The notes under the pieces: generated by a model
What the model saw: only the letters and a program-made list of their open reading frames with translations
Database searches by the model: none
Told to the model about the DNA's origin: nothing
Part shown: positions 60,970 through 64,000 of the stretch, piece by piece
How the letters are laid out: each line of letters starts with the position of its first letter
Position numbering within the stretch: the stretch's first letter is position 1
Program-made: the position numbers and the translations under genes
From: Gemmatimonadota bacterium
GTDB taxonomy: Bacteria > Gemmatimonadota > Gemmatimonadetes > Gemmatimonadales > GWC2-71-9
Assembly (NCBI GenBank): GCA_039588295.1
Contig: JBDHAB010000018.1
Coordinates: forward strand, 25,701-89,700
Direction: 5' to 3'
DNA: 64,000 nt

Positions 60970-62484
60970 CTAGCGGGACACCGTCACCGTCACGGCCGGA
61001 CGGAGGCTTCGCGTCTCATCGCGGGCGATATCCAGAGCCCGATTCGGCCACACCCCGAAGAGTAGCAGGAGGACCGCTGTCGCGGCGACCACGAGTCGCG
61101 CCGCACCGATCACGGTGGTTTCCTGAGGTGGCGAGTCGGAAGCCGGCGGTTTCATGTACATCGCCATGATGACGGGAAGATAGTACCCCGCCGAGAGCAC
61201 GCTGGCGCCGACCAAGATGACCGCGAGAAGCCACTGGTCCGCCGAGACGGCGGATGACAAGATGTACCACTTGCCGATGAACCCGGCCGTGCCCGGGAAT
61301 CCGAGCAGCGACAGCATGAACACGGTCATGGCAAAGGCGAGCCAGGGGCGCTGTTTCCCGAGGCCATTGAAGTCATCGATCAACACCTCGCGTTCACCTC
61401 GCCGTCCCGCACCCGCCAGCACCGCAAACGCGCCCACCGTCATCAGGGTGTATACCAGCATATAGTAGAGCAACGCTGCGGCCCCCAGCTCGGTACCGCT
61501 CGCCACCGCCACGAGGAGATACCCCGCATGTCCGATGGAGCTGTATGCCAGCATGCGCTTGAGATGACGCTGCGCGAGCGCGATGAGATTCCCCACCACC
61601 ATGGTGATCGCGGCCAACCACCAGATCGCTTGGGTCCACACGTCTACCATGGGAGACAGTGCCTGCATCAGTACGCGAACGAGGGCCGCGAACGCGGCCG
61701 CCTTGACCGCGGCGGCCATAAAGGCCGTGACCGGCGTCGGAGCGCCATCATAGACATCCGGCGTCCACATATGGAAGGGCACGGCGGCCACTTTGAACCC
61801 GAAGCCGACGAGGAGGAGCGCCACGCCCGCAATCAGCATCACGTTTGTCTGCAACCCCAGACTCGCAATCTGCACGTGGATTAGCGTGAGATTCGTGCTT
61901 CCCGTCGCCCCGTAGATCAACGCAATGCCATACAGCAGGAAGCCAGACGCGAAGGCGCCGAGCAAGAAGTACTTGAGCGAGGCTTCCGCAGCGAAGATGC
62001 TGCGACGGTCGATGCCCGAGAGGACATACACCGACACCGACATGAGCTCCAGTCCGAGGAAGATGACCACCAGGTCGGCACCACCACCCATGAACATCAT
62101 GCCGAGTACGGCCAGAAGGATGAGCACATAGTATTCGGGGATTACGATGCGCTCCCGCCCCAGGTATCCAAGCGACAGCATAACGGCGAACATGGCCCCG
62201 AGTAGAAACACCGCGGCCGTCGCGAATCGGAATCCATCGACGGCAATCATGATTTCGAGGCCCGCTGGCCGCGGATCGCGAACCCAGAACACCAGTACCA
62301 GCAAGAACGTCACGCCGAGGCCCGCGAGCGCCAGTCGCCCTACCACCCGCTCGTCATGCTCGCTGCGGTGCCGCCAGGCGGCCAAGAGAATCAGAAACAG
62401 CACCCACGCGGTGAGAAACACCTCGGGGAGGAGCGCGAGCACGACCCCGCCCGTCTGACTCAGGTCGATGTGCACGGGGATCAC
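60970..62484 (-). CDS. nuoN: NADH-quinone oxidoreductase subunit N
   Basis: LELMS..YVL, EASLKYFLLG, FKVAAVPFHMWTPDVY.GAPTP, KRMLAYSSIGHAGY; GTG start overlaps the nuoM stop. Confidence 0.95.
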   Translation of the reverse strand: MIPVHIDLSQTGGVVLALLPEVFLTAWVLFLILLAAWRHRSEHDERVVGRLALAGLGVTFLLVLVFWVRDPRPAGLEIMIAVDGFRFATAAVFLLGAMFAVMLSLGYLGRERIVIPEYYVLILLAVLGMMFMGGGADLVVIFLGLELMSVSVYVLSGIDRRSIFAAEASLKYFLLGAFASGFLLYGIALIYGATGSTNLTLIHVQIASLGLQTNVMLIAGVALLLVGFGFKVAAVPFHMWTPDVYDGAPTPVTAFMAAAVKAAAFAALVRVLMQALSPMVDVWTQAIWWLAAITMVVGNLIALAQRHLKRMLAYSSIGHAGYLLVAVASGTELGAAALLYYMLVYTLMTVGAFAVLAGAGRRGEREVLIDDFNGLGKQRPWLAFAMTVFMLSLLGFPGTAGFIGKWYILSSAVSADQWLLAVILVGASVLSAGYYLPVIMAMYMKPPASDSPPQETTVIGAARLVVAATAVLLLLFGVWPNRALDIARDETRSLRPAVTVTVSR

Positions 62485-64000
62485 TGACGTACCTCCGGAG
62501 CGCGCGAGACCTGCGCTGGCTCCTCGGCGCCCCGTACCTGCTCGACAAGTGCCCGAGCGGAGGTCTCCATGCGGCGCAGGAACGGGGCCGGATACAGCCC
62601 GATCCAGAGGATGCAGGCGATCAGCGGGACGAGCACCGCGAGCTCTCGGCCCGAGAGATCCTGCATCCGTTCGTTCTCCGGTTTGTCGAGCTTGTTGTAG
62701 ATGAGGCGTTGCAGCGCGCGCAGGAGGTAGACGGCCGCGAAGATGACACCGGTGGCGGCCACAACGGTTGCCCAGGGGAACGTGCCAAACGAGCCGACGA
62801 GCACCAGGAACTCGCCGACAAACCCGTTCGTGCCCGGTAGTCCGATGGAGGAGAGCGACACGAGGGACAGAACCACCGCGAACGCCGGCACCACTCTGGC
62901 AATGCCGCCGAACGCTGCAATCTCCCGAGTATGCGTGCGCTCGTACAGCATACCGGCCAGGAAGAAGAGTGCCCCTGTGGAAATGCCGTGGTTGATCATG
63001 ATGATGATCGCGCCCTCGACGCTCTGCAGGGTGAGCGCCCAAATTCCCAACATCACGAAGCCCAAATGGCTGATGGACGAGTACGCCACCAGCTTCTTGA
63101 AGTCCGGTTGCACCATGGCAACCAGCGCACCGTAGATGATGCCGACGAGGGCCAGCGTGACGACGATCGTGACCACAGTGGGATGTCGCGCGACATCAGG
63201 GAAGAACGGAACGGCGAATCGAAGAAAACCGTACGTCCCCATCTTGAGGAGGATGCCAGCCAGGATCACCGATCCGGCGGTCGGTGCCTCGACGTGGGCG
63301 TCGGGCAGCCAAGTATGGAACGGGAACATCGGTACTTTGATGGCGAACGCCAGGAAGAAGGCTCCAAACAGCCAGAATGCCCAGCGATCGACTGCGCCTA
63401 CGTTCGCAAGCAAATGGTCGTACGCAAACGAGTAGGTTCCCGTCGTCCGACCCACGACATAGAACAGCACGAGGATCGCGACCAGCATGAGCAGCGATCC
63501 CACAAACGTGAAGAGGAAGAACTTGATCGCCGCATAGAGCCGGCGGGGACCACCCCACACCCCGATGATGAAGTACATCGGGATCAACATGATCTCCCAG
63601 AAGACGTAGAACACGAACAAGTCGAGCGCCACGAAGACGCCGAGCATGCCAGTAGTCAACACGAGCAGAAGCGCATAGTAGCCACGCTGCTGCTCGCGGA
63701 TGTAGTTCCAGCTTCCCAGCACGGCAAGCGGCATCGTGAAGGTCGTCAGCAGGACCATGAAGAGGGAGATGCCATCGAGCCCCACCCGGTACATGATGCC
63801 CCATTCCGGGATCCACGGATGCACGGCCGCGAACTGCATGGCTGGCGTTGCCGGATCGAACATCCACCAGAGCGGTACCGAGAACAAGAACTCCAGCACC
63901 GCCGCAGCCAACGCCAGTCGCTTGGCGGCCGAGGGTGGACTGAGCAACACCACCAGGCCCGCGAGCAACGGGAACGCCAACAGGAGATCGAGAACCCACT
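62481..64000 (-). CDS. nuoM: NADH-quinone oxidoreductase subunit M, 5'-partial
   Basis: GLDGIS, FYVFWE, KVPMFPFHTWLPDAHVEAPT, LLKMGTYG, GLPGTNGFVGEF; frame stays open to the window end. Confidence 0.96.
   Translation of the reverse strand, partial: WVLDLLLAFPLLAGLVVLLSPPSAAKRLALAAAVLEFLFSVPLWWMFDPATPAMQFAAVHPWIPEWGIMYRVGLDGISLFMVLLTTFTMPLAVLGSWNYIREQQRGYYALLLVLTTGMLGVFVALDLFVFYVFWEIMLIPMYFIIGVWGGPRRLYAAIKFFLFTFVGSLLMLVAILVLFYVVGRTTGTYSFAYDHLLANVGAVDRWAFWLFGAFFLAFAIKVPMFPFHTWLPDAHVEAPTAGSVILAGILLKMGTYGFLRFAVPFFPDVARHPTVVTIVVTLALVGIIYGALVAMVQPDFKKLVAYSSISHLGFVMLGIWALTLQSVEGAIIIMINHGISTGALFFLAGMLYERTHTREIAAFGGIARVVPAFAVVLSLVSLSSIGLPGTNGFVGEFLVLVGSFGTFPWATVVAATGVIFAAVYLLRALQRLIYNKLDKPENERMQDLSGRELAVLVPLIACILWIGLYPAPFLRRMETSARALVEQVRGAEEPAQVSRAPEVRQ

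Overview
GC-rich bacterial chromosomal segment made almost entirely of housekeeping genes. Gene content and order suggest a diderm Gemmatimonadota-like organism (inference only). From 1 to 20.8 kb nearly all genes are on the + strand: methyltransferase-bshC, murJ, uvrC, thrC, larC, two TPR/FxLYD-like paralogs around tRNA-Gly, DUF512-der-plsY-gpsA-merR-surE-pcm-dedA-acyP, tRNA-Arg and a YfgM-like gene. From 21 to 64 kb nearly all are on the - strand: nuoM/N, PMM/PGM, UPF0182, carbamate kinase, sucCD, EIIA-CBS, ndk, yceD-rpmF-plsX-fab, purE, ispF-dedA-xerD, kdsB-pyrG-kdsA-kdsC-lptCAB-rpoN, a glycosylation cluster and dapF. A clear 28-bp dif site (20890-20917) lies exactly at this strand switch, so the window probably contains the replication terminus. 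The best candidate for an undescribed system is a polyprenol-phosphate-mannose synthase, flippase-like and YfhO GT-C cluster. It coincides with strong enrichment of the Bacteroidota-type D-(S/T)-hydrophobic O-glycosylation sequon in exported proteins, which points to a general protein O-glycosylation pathway. Other oddities: a 29-bp tandem duplication frameshifting plsY, LptB with a ~140-aa N-terminal extension, a sigma54-like site over the sigma70 promoter of the rpoN-containing operon, apparently leaderless genes, and a candidate N-methyl-bacillithiol methyltransferase. No CRISPR array, IS element, prophage or rRNA gene was seen. All calls come from motif recognition by eye; no searches were run.
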